From the NCBI GenBank assembly GCA_039588275.1, contig JBDHAC010000001.1:54836-118835 (forward strand): 64,000 nt of DNA, given 5' to 3'. The notes under the pieces were generated by a model. It saw only the letters and a list, made by a program, of their open reading frames with translations. It ran no database searches and had not been told where the DNA came from. This stretch comes from Gemmatimonadota bacterium (GTDB taxonomy: Bacteria; Gemmatimonadota; Gemmatimonadetes; Palauibacterales; Palauibacteraceae). Numbering within the stretch: position 1 is the first letter of the stretch; each line of letters opens with the position of its first letter. The position numbers and the translations under genes were made by a program. This document shows, piece after piece, positions 8,921 to 18,764 of the stretch.

Positions 8921-10335
8921 CGGTCACCTCCCGTCGCCGCAGAGGCTGCACCCGGCTCGACGAACAGGAGCGTCCGATTCCCGGGGCGCAGGTACTCATC
9001 CGCCGTCCGCTGCAGGAGTTCCGGCGTTACCGCGGCGAACCGGTCCTCGAGTTGGTTGATCCGGCCCGGATCATCATCGAACAAAGCGAACGATGCGAGC
9101 AGATCGGCGCGGCCGAACCCGAAGAACCCGTCGACCGCGTCGTAGAACAGCGAACGAAGCTTGACCTTCGCTCTCTCCACGGTCTCGAGGTCGATGGGCT
9201 CGGTCCGGACCCGATCGATGACCGCATCGGCCACGGCCAGGATCTGTTCGGGCGTCTTGTCCGAGTCGTGGATGAGCGACACCGTCCACAGCATCGGTCC
9301 GTCGTAGTTGAACATGTTTCCGAGCAGGTTGATACCGCCGCTGACGGTCCCCGCGAGCCCTTCCCGTTGCACCAGCGCCTGGTGCAGCCAGGAATCGTCT
9401 CCCTGCAGGAGGACCTGGTCGAGGACCCCCATCGCCCAGTACTCGGGGGAGTTCCTCTCGGGCATGTGATAGCCGAGCGCCAGCGCGGGGCGATTGGCGA
9501 GCGGATCCTGCTTCGTGTGGTGCTTCTCCTCTTCCTGGCGCGGCTCCGAGATGTCGGGCATCTCGATGGGTGGGCCGGCCGGAATGCCGCCGAAGTACTG
9601 CTCCACCCACTCCAGGGCCTGCTCGGGCTCGAAGTCGCCCACGATCGCAAGCGCCGCGTTGTTGGGGGCGTAGAACTGGTCGAAGAAGGACTGCACGTCC
9701 TCGAGCGTGGCGGCGTCCAGATCGTCCAGCTCGCCGTAGAAGTTGTGCGCGTTGTACCAGTTCTCGTTCGCCACCTGCGGGAGATCCAGCCACGGAAACC
9801 CGCCGTACGGCTGGTTCAGGACATTCACGCGCACCTCGTTCTTCACCACGCCCTGCTGGTTCGTGAGGTTGTCCTGGGTGATGTCGAGTCCGCGCATCCG
9901 GTCTGCCTCGGCCCACAGGATCGTCTCGAGCTTGTGGGCCGGAACGATCTGGAAGTAGTTGGTGAAGTCGAACCGGGTCGATCCGTTCAGCACGCCTCCG
10001 TTCTCCTGGATGAGTCGCACCAACTCCATCTTCCCGAGGTTCTCGGATCCCTGGAACATCATGTGCTCGAACAGGTGAGCGAATCCCGTCCTGTCACGGG
10101 GCTCGATCCGGAAGCCGATGTGATAGTAGACCGCCACCGCCACCGTCGGAGCGGTGTGATCGGGGGAGAGGACGACCCGGAGGCCGTTGTCCAGCGTCGT
10201 ATACTCGATGGGGACCCGGAACTCGCCGGTCTCCCCGGCTCCTCCCACCGCCGCGTCGTCCCTCGCGCATGCGAACAGCCCGGGAACCAGGAACGCCATG
10301 ACGAGGGCGAGCCGTCCGGCTCTTTGCCGCATCAT
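8917..10335 (-). CDS. M16B zinc peptidase, catalytic subunit, lipoprotein
   Basis: Lipobox LFAC; GFAHLFEHMMFQGS (HxxEH), NGST, VKNEVR. Confidence 0.93.
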   Translation of the reverse strand: MMRQRAGRLALVMAFLVPGLFACARDDAAVGGAGETGEFRVPIEYTTLDNGLRVVLSPDHTAPTVAVAVYYHIGFRIEPRDRTGFAHLFEHMMFQGSENLGKMELVRLIQENGGVLNGSTRFDFTNYFQIVPAHKLETILWAEADRMRGLDITQDNLTNQQGVVKNEVRVNVLNQPYGGFPWLDLPQVANENWYNAHNFYGELDDLDAATLEDVQSFFDQFYAPNNAALAIVGDFEPEQALEWVEQYFGGIPAGPPIEMPDISEPRQEEEKHHTKQDPLANRPALALGYHMPERNSPEYWAMGVLDQVLLQGDDSWLHQALVQREGLAGTVSGGINLLGNMFNYDGPMLWTVSLIHDSDKTPEQILAVADAVIDRVRTEPIDLETVERAKVKLRSLFYDAVDGFFGFGRADLLASFALFDDDPGRINQLEDRFAAVTPELLQRTADEYLRPGNRTLLFVEPGAASAATGGDR

Positions 10336-10462
10336 ACATCTCCTTGCCGCAGGGATTGTCCGGAGACAGCGGTGAGACCGCCGCCGCGTGTGAATCTAGC
10401 GGTCGTTCGCTGTCGTGGCTGTGGCAACCGCCCCTTTGATGCTCGGGGGGCGAGGACCGTTG

Positions 10463-12076
10463 TCAGTCACCGCGAGGGCGCACGTGCAGGTGCATGATCT
10501 TGCTGGAGCGGGTGATGAGTGGGGCGCTGCGCTCGACCCGGACATCCACCGAGCTCCGCAGGTGCCGCTCCATCATGCGGTGCACCGGAGATCCGATTCC
10601 GAGACCCGAGATGAGCGCCTCCGCTACCTCTCCGCCGGGTACCGGTCCCACGTGCGGGTGGATGCGGAGCACCAGCAGCGAGTCGCCGCGCTCGGACTCC
10701 TCCTCGACGAGTTGGTAGTCGGTCGGGCTACCCCCGAAGCGCTCGGGCAGCGTCTCCTCGAGTAGCTTTGTGATCGCCGTGTCGTCGAAGGTGACACCGC
10801 CCGCCGTCAGTTTCTCGAAGCTCCGCACGTGGCTGATGCGCGGCTGCCACCCGAGGCTCTCCAACGGGCAGCCGCAGGACTCCCGATCGACATTCGCCTG
10901 ATCGCCCATCGAGAAATTGAGCATCTGAAACGGGGCAGCCGGGTGAAGCGCGGTGAGGAGTATGGCGTTCTCCGGCAGTCCTGTCTCGGCACCGTACCGC
11001 CCGGCCTGGATGATGGCGTGGAGGTCCCGAACCAGGTGCATGTGATCCGCGAACTCCGGGTTTCGGCACGCGTACGCGATGGGACCTGCCTCGATCGTCC
11101 CGTACCGCGGAAGCGGTTCGATTCCCGCCGACCGGATCGTCGCCACGCGCGCCTCGGTGATGGGCTCTCCCGCCAGCGTCGCATGCGACCCCGTCAGATC
11201 GATCCCGGCCTCACGCGCGGCCGTCGCGAGGCGTACAACCGAGCTGGAGAACGAGAACCAGTGAGGCTCGGCACCCGCGTCCAGCACCGAACGCGCCCAG
11301 CGCGCGAGCGGGAGCGGGTCTTCCGGGCTGGCGAACACGGGCCTCGGCACCCGCACGCCGGCCAGGGACCCTCCCCACCGAAGCGCGCGATCGCTCCACC
11401 GGAACACCGGATCCAGCCCGTCCGACGGGTGCACCTGCGTGAACCACGCGGCCGGCCGGTCGCCGAACGAGGAGTACTTGAGCAAACGAAAGCGCGAGCC
11501 GGCTCCCGGGGTCTCCCAGGTCGCCTTGACCCAGCGACTACCTCCGTGTGCGTCCAGGTACAGGGCGCACGCGACGGCACAGGCGCGGATGTACGCGAGA
11601 TCCATGAGAAACGGAGCGGCGCGGCTGCGACTCCCCCCGCTCCTGGCGGCGACGTGGAAGGCAGCGAGCGGGTTCCGGAGCGACGCGGGCTCGATATCGA
11701 GCCGGAGCGACCCGCGCACCAGGGGTGTGCGCCCCTTGAACTCATCGCTCGTCATATACACGCCCGCTTCGAACAGGCGCTGAAGCGCTCCCTCGAGACC
11801 CTCCCGCAGCATCAGTTCGCGCAGGTCATGGAACGACACGCCCGCGTGCTCGAAGAGCTTCGCCAGGACACTGGATGGCCGGTCGAAGACGGCCTGCTCG
11901 ACGAAGTGGAGGAACCTGGACTCCCGTTCCCTCAGTCGGGCGGCGTGGATCGTACGGGCTTCCTCGAGCGTGAACTGGCGTCGCAAGAACTCCGGAACGC
12001 GAATCAGGAAGCGGGCACCGATGAGGAGCCCGCGGGGGTTAGCGAGGGGTCTGCGGTCGAGTGGCGTGCCTTCCAT
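10463..12076 (-). CDS. Phenylacetate-CoA-ligase-like (ANL superfamily) protein, divergent
   Basis: RSGGSRS (P-loop-like), LAGEP, RYGTIEAG, FSMGD, RSFEKLTAGGVTF resemble adenylate-forming core motifs. Confidence 0.6.
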   Translation of the reverse strand: MEGTPLDRRPLANPRGLLIGARFLIRVPEFLRRQFTLEEARTIHAARLRERESRFLHFVEQAVFDRPSSVLAKLFEHAGVSFHDLRELMLREGLEGALQRLFEAGVYMTSDEFKGRTPLVRGSLRLDIEPASLRNPLAAFHVAARSGGSRSRAAPFLMDLAYIRACAVACALYLDAHGGSRWVKATWETPGAGSRFRLLKYSSFGDRPAAWFTQVHPSDGLDPVFRWSDRALRWGGSLAGVRVPRPVFASPEDPLPLARWARSVLDAGAEPHWFSFSSSVVRLATAAREAGIDLTGSHATLAGEPITEARVATIRSAGIEPLPRYGTIEAGPIAYACRNPEFADHMHLVRDLHAIIQAGRYGAETGLPENAILLTALHPAAPFQMLNFSMGDQANVDRESCGCPLESLGWQPRISHVRSFEKLTAGGVTFDDTAITKLLEETLPERFGGSPTDYQLVEEESERGDSLLVLRIHPHVGPVPGGEVAEALISGLGIGSPVHRMMERHLRSSVDVRVERSAPLITRSSKIMHLHVRPRGD

Positions 12077-12162
12077 GCGGGGTCAGCCACGCAGGACCGA
12101 GGCCAAGAGCGCGCTCGGTAGTCCCGCGGCGCCCCGAGGACTGCTCCGTCGCCGAGCTCGGC

Positions 12163-12846
12163 TCAGCGGTCTCCCCGGGCGGCCCGCTCGGACAGGTCGC
12201 TCGCGAGTTGGTCTACCCGCCTGCGGCTCCGGTTCGCGAGCCACGTCCATACGGCTCGTCCGGCGCCGAAACCGGCCGCCGCTCCCGTGCCGATGATTGC
12301 CGCGATGGGTAATGCCGCGATCCCGATCGACCCGCCGACGCCGATCCCGAGAAGCACTCCCCACAAGGTGGGGATGGCGTGCAGCATCGGACGCAGCCGG
12401 TCCTCGTAACGTTCGTGAACCGTGATCGTCGTATCGGTCGACGCGGCGATCGAGACCTGGGTCGTCAGCAATCGGTCCGCGGACGTCCAGCGGACGGTAT
12501 CGAGCGCCTCGGTTACCGTTCCCGGCTTCCCCACCGCGTCCTCCACGTGCCGGACCAGCTCGCTCAGCTCCTCGCGAGAGATCTCCGCCGTCACCGCACG
12601 GATCGCCTTTTGGGACGGGGAAGGACCGGTCAGCGCCGTACCCTTGGCGACCCCACGCGAGTGCAGCTCCGCGACGGCTCGTGCCAGCGACTCGGGCCGG
12701 ATCCCGACCTCCGCCGCGACATCCTCCAGATCGCGAAGCGTGAGCCCCCGGGCCTCGGCCGGCACCCCGCTCCGCGCCTCGATCTCGGCCGCGCGCTGAA
12801 GGACCAGCGAGACTTCCTGTTCGGAGAATCGGTGCTCGGTCTCCAT
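12163..12846 (-). CDS. Hypothetical membrane protein
   Basis: FSEQEVSLVLQRAAE...LEDVAAEVGI N-terminus, two C-terminal TM helices; RBS-like AAGAG upstream. Confidence 0.75.
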   Translation of the reverse strand: METEHRFSEQEVSLVLQRAAEIEARSGVPAEARGLTLRDLEDVAAEVGIRPESLARAVAELHSRGVAKGTALTGPSPSQKAIRAVTAEISREELSELVRHVEDAVGKPGTVTEALDTVRWTSADRLLTTQVSIAASTDTTITVHERYEDRLRPMLHAIPTLWGVLLGIGVGGSIGIAALPIAAIIGTGAAAGFGAGRAVWTWLANRSRRRVDQLASDLSERAARGDR

Positions 12847-13057
12847 GTGCTCTTACAGGCTCACCAGACGAGAGGTCGACCGCGGTCTGACAGTGCCCCC
12901 GCAAGCTATCCCGGCATCTTCACCCGCCCAACCCCGCCGGGTGCCTTGACTTCCCGATCTGCTCGGGCCCTAGTGGCCCTGGTGTGAGGTCCGCCACGTC
13001 ACAGGAAGGGTGTGCGACGACGTCGCGGCTCCATGAATCGAAAGGGTCGGTCGATCG

Positions 13058-14098
13058 ATGAGATACAGGCTGCTGGGTCGAAGCGGGCTGCGAGTGTCGG
13101 AGCTCGCCCTCGGCACCATGACGTTCGGCACCGAGTGGGGATTCGGCGTCGACAAGAAGGAGAGCCGTCGGATGTTCGACGCGTTCGCCGAGGCTGGCGG
13201 CAACTTCCTCGACACGGCGAACGTGTACACGGAGGGGACCAGCGAGGAGTACCTCGGCGACTTCATCGCTGCGGACCGTGAACACTGGGTCGTGGCGACC
13301 AAGTATACGATGTCCACTCGTGCGGGAGACCCGAGCTTCAGCGGAAACCACCGCAAGAACCTGGTGCAGGCGGTCGAGGCGAGCCTGCGGCGCCTCAACA
13401 CCGACCGCATCGATCTCTACTGGGTGCACGCGTGGGACCAGCTGACGCCGGTCGACGAGGTGATGCGGGGGCTGGATGATCTCGTTCGTCAAGGGAAAGT
13501 CGTGTACGTCGGGGTCTCGGATACACCGGCGTGGGAGGTGTCGAGGGCAAACATGCTGGCCGATCTGAGAGGCTGGGCGCCGTTCGTGGCGCTGCAGCTC
13601 CGCTACAGCCTCATCGACCGCACAGCCGAGCGCGATCTGCTCCCCATGGCACGCACGCTGGACCTGGCGGTCACGCCGTGGAGCGTGCTCGGGGCCGGCG
13701 TGCTGAGCGGCAAGTACAACCGCAAGACGAAGCCGGAGGTGGGGAGAGCGAAGGAGGGAGCCGCGACCATTCCGCGCAACCTGGAGATCGCCGCGGAGGT
13801 GATCGCGGTCGCGGAGGACCTGGGGTGTGCGCCGACGCAGGTCGCCATCTCCTGGGCGCAGCAGCAACCCGGCGTGATCGTTCCCCTCGTGGGTGCTCGC
13901 AACCTCGAACAGTTGGAAGAGAATCTGGGCGCGCTCGACGTGACCCTCGGCGATGAGCAGCTGGCCCGCCTGAACGAGGCCAGCGCGATCGAGCTCGGCT
14001 TCCCGCACGACTTCATCGGTCGCAACGCCGGGGCACTCGACTACATCTATGGCGGCGCGCTCGACCAGATCGATGTGCACCGTGGAGAGCTCGCATAG
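13058..14098 (+). CDS. Aldo/keto reductase
   Basis: LGRSGLRVSELALGTMTFG, DTANVY, ATKY, SLRRLNTDRIDLYWVH, PWSVLGAG. Confidence 0.95.
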   Translation: MRYRLLGRSGLRVSELALGTMTFGTEWGFGVDKKESRRMFDAFAEAGGNFLDTANVYTEGTSEEYLGDFIAADREHWVVATKYTMSTRAGDPSFSGNHRKNLVQAVEASLRRLNTDRIDLYWVHAWDQLTPVDEVMRGLDDLVRQGKVVYVGVSDTPAWEVSRANMLADLRGWAPFVALQLRYSLIDRTAERDLLPMARTLDLAVTPWSVLGAGVLSGKYNRKTKPEVGRAKEGAATIPRNLEIAAEVIAVAEDLGCAPTQVAISWAQQQPGVIVPLVGARNLEQLEENLGALDVTLGDEQLARLNEASAIELGFPHDFIGRNAGALDYIYGGALDQIDVHRGELA

Positions 14099-14196
14099 CG
14101 ACAGCCCGGATGGCGCTCTTGCAGGGCCACACAGCTCCCCATCGCGGCCGGCGGACCCGCGAGGGGTGCGGGGGCCCCGGCGCGCGCGTCTGCGGG

Positions 14197-14224
14197 TAAA
14201 CCTTCCGCGCCCTTCCGGCCACTA
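14197..14224 (+). promoter_or_regulatory. Putative ECF sigma promoter TAAACC-N16-CCACTA
   Basis: Directly upstream of the ECF gene; the same -35 hexamer and spacing occur at 29557-29584 and 27277-27304. Confidence 0.5.
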
Positions 14225-14229
14225 ACCAC

Positions 14230-14796
14230 GTGGATATGGAAAGCGCGACCGATCGTGCCTCCGGGCACGACGCCACGGAAACGGACCTCCTGGTAGAGCG
14301 GGCCAAGCGGCGCGACCACGTCGCCTTCGAAGCTCTCTACCGGGCGCACTATCGACGTGTGTACGCGCTGACGCTGCGCATGACGTGCGACGTCTCCCGT
14401 GCCGAGGAGCTCACGCAGGAGGTGTTCGTCCGCGCTTGGGAGGCACTGCCCGGCTTTCGCGCCGAAAGCAACCTCGGAACGTGGCTCCACACCGTGGCGG
14501 TCCGGACCTGCTTGAACGCGAGCCGAGCGACGCGGCGCCGAGAGGCGCGATTCCACAACTCGCGTGACATCGATGGCTACGCCTTCGGGGCCAAGCGGGC
14601 CATGCCCGAGACCAACGTGGATCTCGAGAGGGCGCTTGCCGGACTACCGCCTCGCACGCGCGAGGTGGCCGTCCTGTTCGATATCTACGGCTATCGACAC
14701 CAGGAAATCGCCCGGATGCTCGGGATCGCGGAGGGGACGTCCAAGGCGCAGCTGCACAAGGCGCACCGGTTGATGCGAGAAACACTGGGTGGATGA
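14230..14796 (+). CDS. ECF RNA polymerase sigma factor
   Basis: AFEALYR, AEELTQEVFVRAW, TWLHTVAV, HQEIARMLGIAEGTSKAQLHKA; start is GTG 14230 or ATG 14236. Confidence 0.95.
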   Translation: MDMESATDRASGHDATETDLLVERAKRRDHVAFEALYRAHYRRVYALTLRMTCDVSRAEELTQEVFVRAWEALPGFRAESNLGTWLHTVAVRTCLNASRATRRREARFHNSRDIDGYAFGAKRAMPETNVDLERALAGLPPRTREVAVLFDIYGYRHQEIARMLGIAEGTSKAQLHKAHRLMRETLGG

Positions 14797-14841
14797 CGGT
14801 GCCGCCGACGAACGGATTCGATCGATGACGGGGGATTCGAG

Positions 14842-15348
14842 ATGATGGGTATCGACAACGATCGCGAGCTGTCGGAACAGCTCGGGCGGCTCCCCAGGGA
14901 AGCGGAGCCCGAACGTGACTTGTGGCCCGGCGTGGCCGCCGGGCTGCGGGGCGATCCGAGCCTCGGCTTCCGCTCACGCCCCCGCCTGTGGACCCCCTTG
15001 GTCCAGGCGGCGGCGGCGGCGGTGGTGCTGTTCGCGACCGGGCTGGCCAGCGGTCTCGCGATCGGGGCGACGCGCGCGGGCGGAGAGCCGGGTTCGGTAA
15101 GCACCGCGATGGAACTGGCCGCCGCAGTCCAGCGAACGGGAACCGAATACGTGGCGGCGCTGGCCGCATTCAACGCGATCGTGGATTCGCTTTCCGTGGA
15201 CGCACGAGTACAGGGACGCGACGCGGCGCTGGCGGCGCTGTACGGGGCGGCGCAGGAGGTGGCCCTGCTGGAGGTCGCTTCCAGAGATCAAGTGGAGTTG
15301 CCGGTCGGGTCCGAGGATCCGGAAGAGCTCCCAACGGTGAGGTTCTGA
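14842..15348 (+). CDS. Putative membrane anti-sigma factor
   Basis: Follows the ECF gene; LPREAEPERDLWP motif shared with the anti-sigma at 28195-28959; one TM helix; no HxxxCxxC. Confidence 0.7.
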   Translation: MMGIDNDRELSEQLGRLPREAEPERDLWPGVAAGLRGDPSLGFRSRPRLWTPLVQAAAAAVVLFATGLASGLAIGATRAGGEPGSVSTAMELAAAVQRTGTEYVAALAAFNAIVDSLSVDARVQGRDAALAALYGAAQEVALLEVASRDQVELPVGSEDPEELPTVRF

Positions 15349-16364
15349 TGGGTGAGATACGAAGCCGCGATGCCTGGAGGTATGCGCTCGCGGTCGTGAT
15401 CGTCCTGTGGATGTCGGCCCTCGCCGCACCCTCGGTGGCGCGAGCCCAGGAGTGCTCACACGGGCACCCGCCCTTCGGCTCTCTGGGAATCGGTGAGTTT
15501 CGCTGCGTGGGTGGGTCCTGCTCGATCAACGCGGCGGGCGGCGATCCATACGTCCACACGTTCTCCACCGAGCCCCGGGTCCGCGACATCGATCCGAGCG
15601 GACCCGCGGCGGGCCTACTGGTGGAGGACGACGTGATCGAGGCCGTAGACGGGGTGCTCGTCACCACGGCGGAGGGGGGACGACGCCTCGGAAGCCTGCA
15701 GCCGGGCGAGCGCGTCCGCCTGACCATACGCCGTCAGGGGCGGGAAATGGAGGTGGACCTGATTCCCGAGAGGAGCTGCGACCTGCCCGCTCTCGAGGTG
15801 TCGGTGGATTCGCGGTATGCGTTCGGGCGTGCCTCGACCGCCTACCGGGGTTTCTTGTTCGCAGACAGCGCGCGGGGGTTCGGGGCCCGGCTCACGTATG
15901 CCCCCGACTCCACCCTCGCGCTCAGGGGCAGGCTCAGCCTCACGGGCGACTCGACGTCCAGACTCGTCTACAGTTACGGCGTTGGCGCCCAGGACCGGGC
16001 GCCGTTCTCGACCCTGTTCCGTGGCTGGCAGCTCGAGGCGCGACCATCGGTCGAGCTGGGGGTCGAGCTCACATGTGGCGAGTGCGGCTGGCAACAGCTC
16101 GGATCCACGTGGTCGTTCCACACGCAGGAGTTCCCCGTGGTCCGATCCGTCGAGCGGGACGGGCCGGCCGATGAGGCGGGGTTGGGAATCGGTGACGTCA
16201 TCCTCACCGTAGGGGGTGCGGCGATTACCTCGAAAGACGCGGCTCGCCTCCTAGGTGCTCTCGAGGCGGGGGAACCGGTACAGTTGGAGGTCCGGCGCGG
16301 AGACACGATCGTCGCCGTTCGGTTGACGCCGCGCGCCGCGGGTGAGCGGCGTCAGCGCATGTAG
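15348..16364 (+). CDS. Secreted protein with two PDZ domains
   Basis: Signal peptide (..VARA-QE); SGPAAGLLVEDDVIEAVDG...LTIRRQG and DGPADEAGLGIGDVILTVGG...LEVRRGD; ATG overlaps the upstream TGA. Confidence 0.8.
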   Translation: MGEIRSRDAWRYALAVVIVLWMSALAAPSVARAQECSHGHPPFGSLGIGEFRCVGGSCSINAAGGDPYVHTFSTEPRVRDIDPSGPAAGLLVEDDVIEAVDGVLVTTAEGGRRLGSLQPGERVRLTIRRQGREMEVDLIPERSCDLPALEVSVDSRYAFGRASTAYRGFLFADSARGFGARLTYAPDSTLALRGRLSLTGDSTSRLVYSYGVGAQDRAPFSTLFRGWQLEARPSVELGVELTCGECGWQQLGSTWSFHTQEFPVVRSVERDGPADEAGLGIGDVILTVGGAAITSKDAARLLGALEAGEPVQLEVRRGDTIVAVRLTPRAAGERRQRM

Positions 16365-16481
16365 CCCAACGGCACGAGAGGTCAACGCAGAAACTCGAAG
16401 GGTCCCGCCTTTCAAGCGAAGCCCTTCCGCGCTTTCCGTTTGCCAGAGCGTCGGCACGAAGATTTCGAAGGCGGTCTGTAT

Positions 16482-17003
16482 TCAGACGCAGTCTTCTGTC
16501 TCGGTCTGCTCGACGAACTCGAGCTCTGCGACGGGGCGCGGCACCGTGACCGCCGTCGCGGGAGCCGTGAAAGCCTGGATCGTGATGCAGCCGGCGCCTG
16601 GCGAGGTCTCCACCACGACCACCCGGAGACGATCTCGCGTGCGCGTGACGTCTTTTATCCGAATGGCGTAGCCCCCGGTGGGCTTCCGCCCCATCGTCGC
16701 CGCGATGACGACGTGGCTGTCGAAGTCCACGGATGGAGCGTCGGGTGTCGGAGCGATGTTGGCGTGGAGCTCTGCCCAAAAGTCGGTCCATTGCTCCGGC
16801 TCGTCGATCAGGAGCCGCCGCCGATCCGGGATCCCGCTCATGAAGCTGCGCACCTCCTCGACGGGGTCGAAAGCGACGGGCTCGCCCTCCGCCCGGACCT
16901 CCTGCGGCTCCTCGGGCTGCTCGACTCCGTTCGCGCTCACGCAGCCGCCCCCTCCCAGACAGACGACCAGCAAACAAAGAACCGGTCCACGCATCCTCTG
17001 CAT
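16482..17003 (-). CDS. Protease complex subunit PrcB-family lipoprotein
   Basis: Signal ending GGGGC; PSVDF, MGRKPTGGYAIRI, PGAGCITIQAFTAP match the PrcB C-terminal pattern. Confidence 0.75.
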   Translation of the reverse strand: MQRMRGPVLCLLVVCLGGGGCVSANGVEQPEEPQEVRAEGEPVAFDPVEEVRSFMSGIPDRRRLLIDEPEQWTDFWAELHANIAPTPDAPSVDFDSHVVIAATMGRKPTGGYAIRIKDVTRTRDRLRVVVVETSPGAGCITIQAFTAPATAVTVPRPVAELEFVEQTETEDCV

Positions 17004-17219
17004 TGTGACCTCCCAGAGACCTCCCAAGGTACCGCGCATGCTACCCTCGTTCCGGCTGCAGGAGCCGCGGCGTGCCCCGATACATCGGTTCCACCAATAC
17101 ATCGGCTCCGCCAAGCGTGCAGGGGGAGGCCGCCCTTGCCACCTCCCCCTGACTGTCGCGAGCCGCCGGTCGCCCGGCGCTCGTCCGTACGGTTGCGGCG
17201 GTCGTGCTACAGGCAGCCG

Positions 17220-18641
17220 CTAGTTGACCGTCTTGTCCACGTTTATGCGGCCTTTGCCGTAATACGGATCGTTGCCCTTCTTGCCGAGGTCGTCGGCACC
17301 TTGCTGAATCTTCGTCTTGACCCGTCCGGGACGGCGGCCGACGTCCTCGACCACGAGCGCGGCGAGGCCGGAGACGTGAGGAGCGGCCTGCGATGTGCCG
17401 GCGACGCCCAGAATGAAGATACCGGTCTGGCAGTCCGGGATGAGGAGGCTGGACGTGGAGCACGCGCTCCAGACCAAGCTCCACGGGAAGGAAGCGCCGG
17501 TTCCGCCAGGCGCGGCCACGTTGATGGCGGAGTTCCCGAAGTTGGTGTAGGAAGCCGGCGCGTCCACATTCGTCCACGGACCGTTCACGCTGGCGGCGGC
17601 CGTCGGCCCCGTCGCCGATACGCAGATGACAGCCGGCGTGTCGCAGTAGGTCGCGTACTCGTTGCCGTTGTGGTCCAGATCGGCGGCGTCGTTGCCGGCC
17701 GAGACAACGATCGTCATGCCCTGGTTCTTGGCGTAGTTGAAGGTGCGGTTGATGAAGCCGACGAGCCCTTTGCTCCCCGCCTTGGTGAACGCTCCGCCGA
17801 GGCTCATGTTGGCCACATCGGCCCCGTTGTCCGCCGCGTGCAGTATGCCCGCGATGACGGCGCCGAACGGGCAGGTGCCCAACACGCTACAGACCTTGAC
17901 GCCCATGAGCGTCGTCTGCGTCGTGACCCCCGCGAGGATGTCGGAGTTGCTGGAAGCGATCATCGCGACGTGTGTACCGTGGAAGTGAAGATCCGTCACG
18001 GGGTGCCGAGCCGGGAAGAAGAGGCCCACCAGGAAGTCGTCGAACGGCACGAAGGACACCGAGCGCGACAGATCCACGTGGCTGGCCAAGTCCGGGTACA
18101 GATAGTCGATGCCGGTGTCCAGGATGGCGATCGTGACGCCCGGGGAGCCCAGACGCCCCCTCGCCCACGCCATGTCGGCCTCGATGGCGCGCATGTTCCA
18201 CTGCCTTGCGTAGCGGGAGGCGGTGGTCGGATCGTCCGGGCTGGCGATCGCGTCGGCGGACTCGATCGTGCTCTCATCGAACAGCGGATCCAGCTCGAAG
18301 ATGGCATCCTGCTGGATGGCCTTCACGCTCTTGAGCGCGCCGAGCTCTGCCGCCGTCTCGGGCGTCATCCCCCCCACCCAGGCGATGCCGATGTCGTGCT
18401 GAAACAACACGGTTCCACCGAGAGCCTCAACCTGCTCAGCGAAGTCGACCGCCCTGCCCTTCAGCTCCACGAGGTACTGATCGCTGACGTCGAGCCCGTC
18501 GCTCGACTGTACCGAGAACGACGGGGCCGGAACGTCCGCCGGAGCGTCTACCGGACCGGTTGGGATCTTGTCGCCCTGGCAGGCCGCCGACACCAGCCCG
18601 ACGGAAACGCCCAGGAACGCAAGAAGTCGTCTCAAGCGCAT
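17220..18641 (-). CDS. S8 subtilisin-family serine protease, lipoprotein
   Basis: GAGGAGG RBS; lipobox SAAC; propeptide; catalytic triad ILDTG, HGTHVA, GTSQAAPHV; oxyanion SAGN. Confidence 0.95.
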   Translation of the reverse strand: MRLRRLLAFLGVSVGLVSAACQGDKIPTGPVDAPADVPAPSFSVQSSDGLDVSDQYLVELKGRAVDFAEQVEALGGTVLFQHDIGIAWVGGMTPETAAELGALKSVKAIQQDAIFELDPLFDESTIESADAIASPDDPTTASRYARQWNMRAIEADMAWARGRLGSPGVTIAILDTGIDYLYPDLASHVDLSRSVSFVPFDDFLVGLFFPARHPVTDLHFHGTHVAMIASSNSDILAGVTTQTTLMGVKVCSVLGTCPFGAVIAGILHAADNGADVANMSLGGAFTKAGSKGLVGFINRTFNYAKNQGMTIVVSAGNDAADLDHNGNEYATYCDTPAVICVSATGPTAAASVNGPWTNVDAPASYTNFGNSAINVAAPGGTGASFPWSLVWSACSTSSLLIPDCQTGIFILGVAGTSQAAPHVSGLAALVVEDVGRRPGRVKTKIQQGADDLGKKGNDPYYGKGRINVDKTVN

Positions 18642-18732
18642 ACTACCTCCTCGATGCTTGGGTGATAGCGGGGCATACCGCGCCCGCGCTCTGAAACTCC
18701 TTGATATGGTGCTCAGGACTGCTGGACATTCG

Positions 18733-18764
18733 CAGCGGTGGTTGACGGAACAGCGGTGGTTGAC
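18733..18764. repeat. 14-bp direct repeat CAGCGGTGGTTGAC x2
   Basis: Exact copies at 18733-18746 and 18751-18764 in the divergent S8/cyclophilin intergenic region. Confidence 0.85.

Noticed and set aside
16440..18665. 741-aa + strand ORF and similar long antisense ORFs (e.g. 8818-10497, 61314-63158)
   Set aside because: Shadow frames of real opposite-strand genes in high-GC DNA; no motifs and Arg/Pro/His-rich composition.
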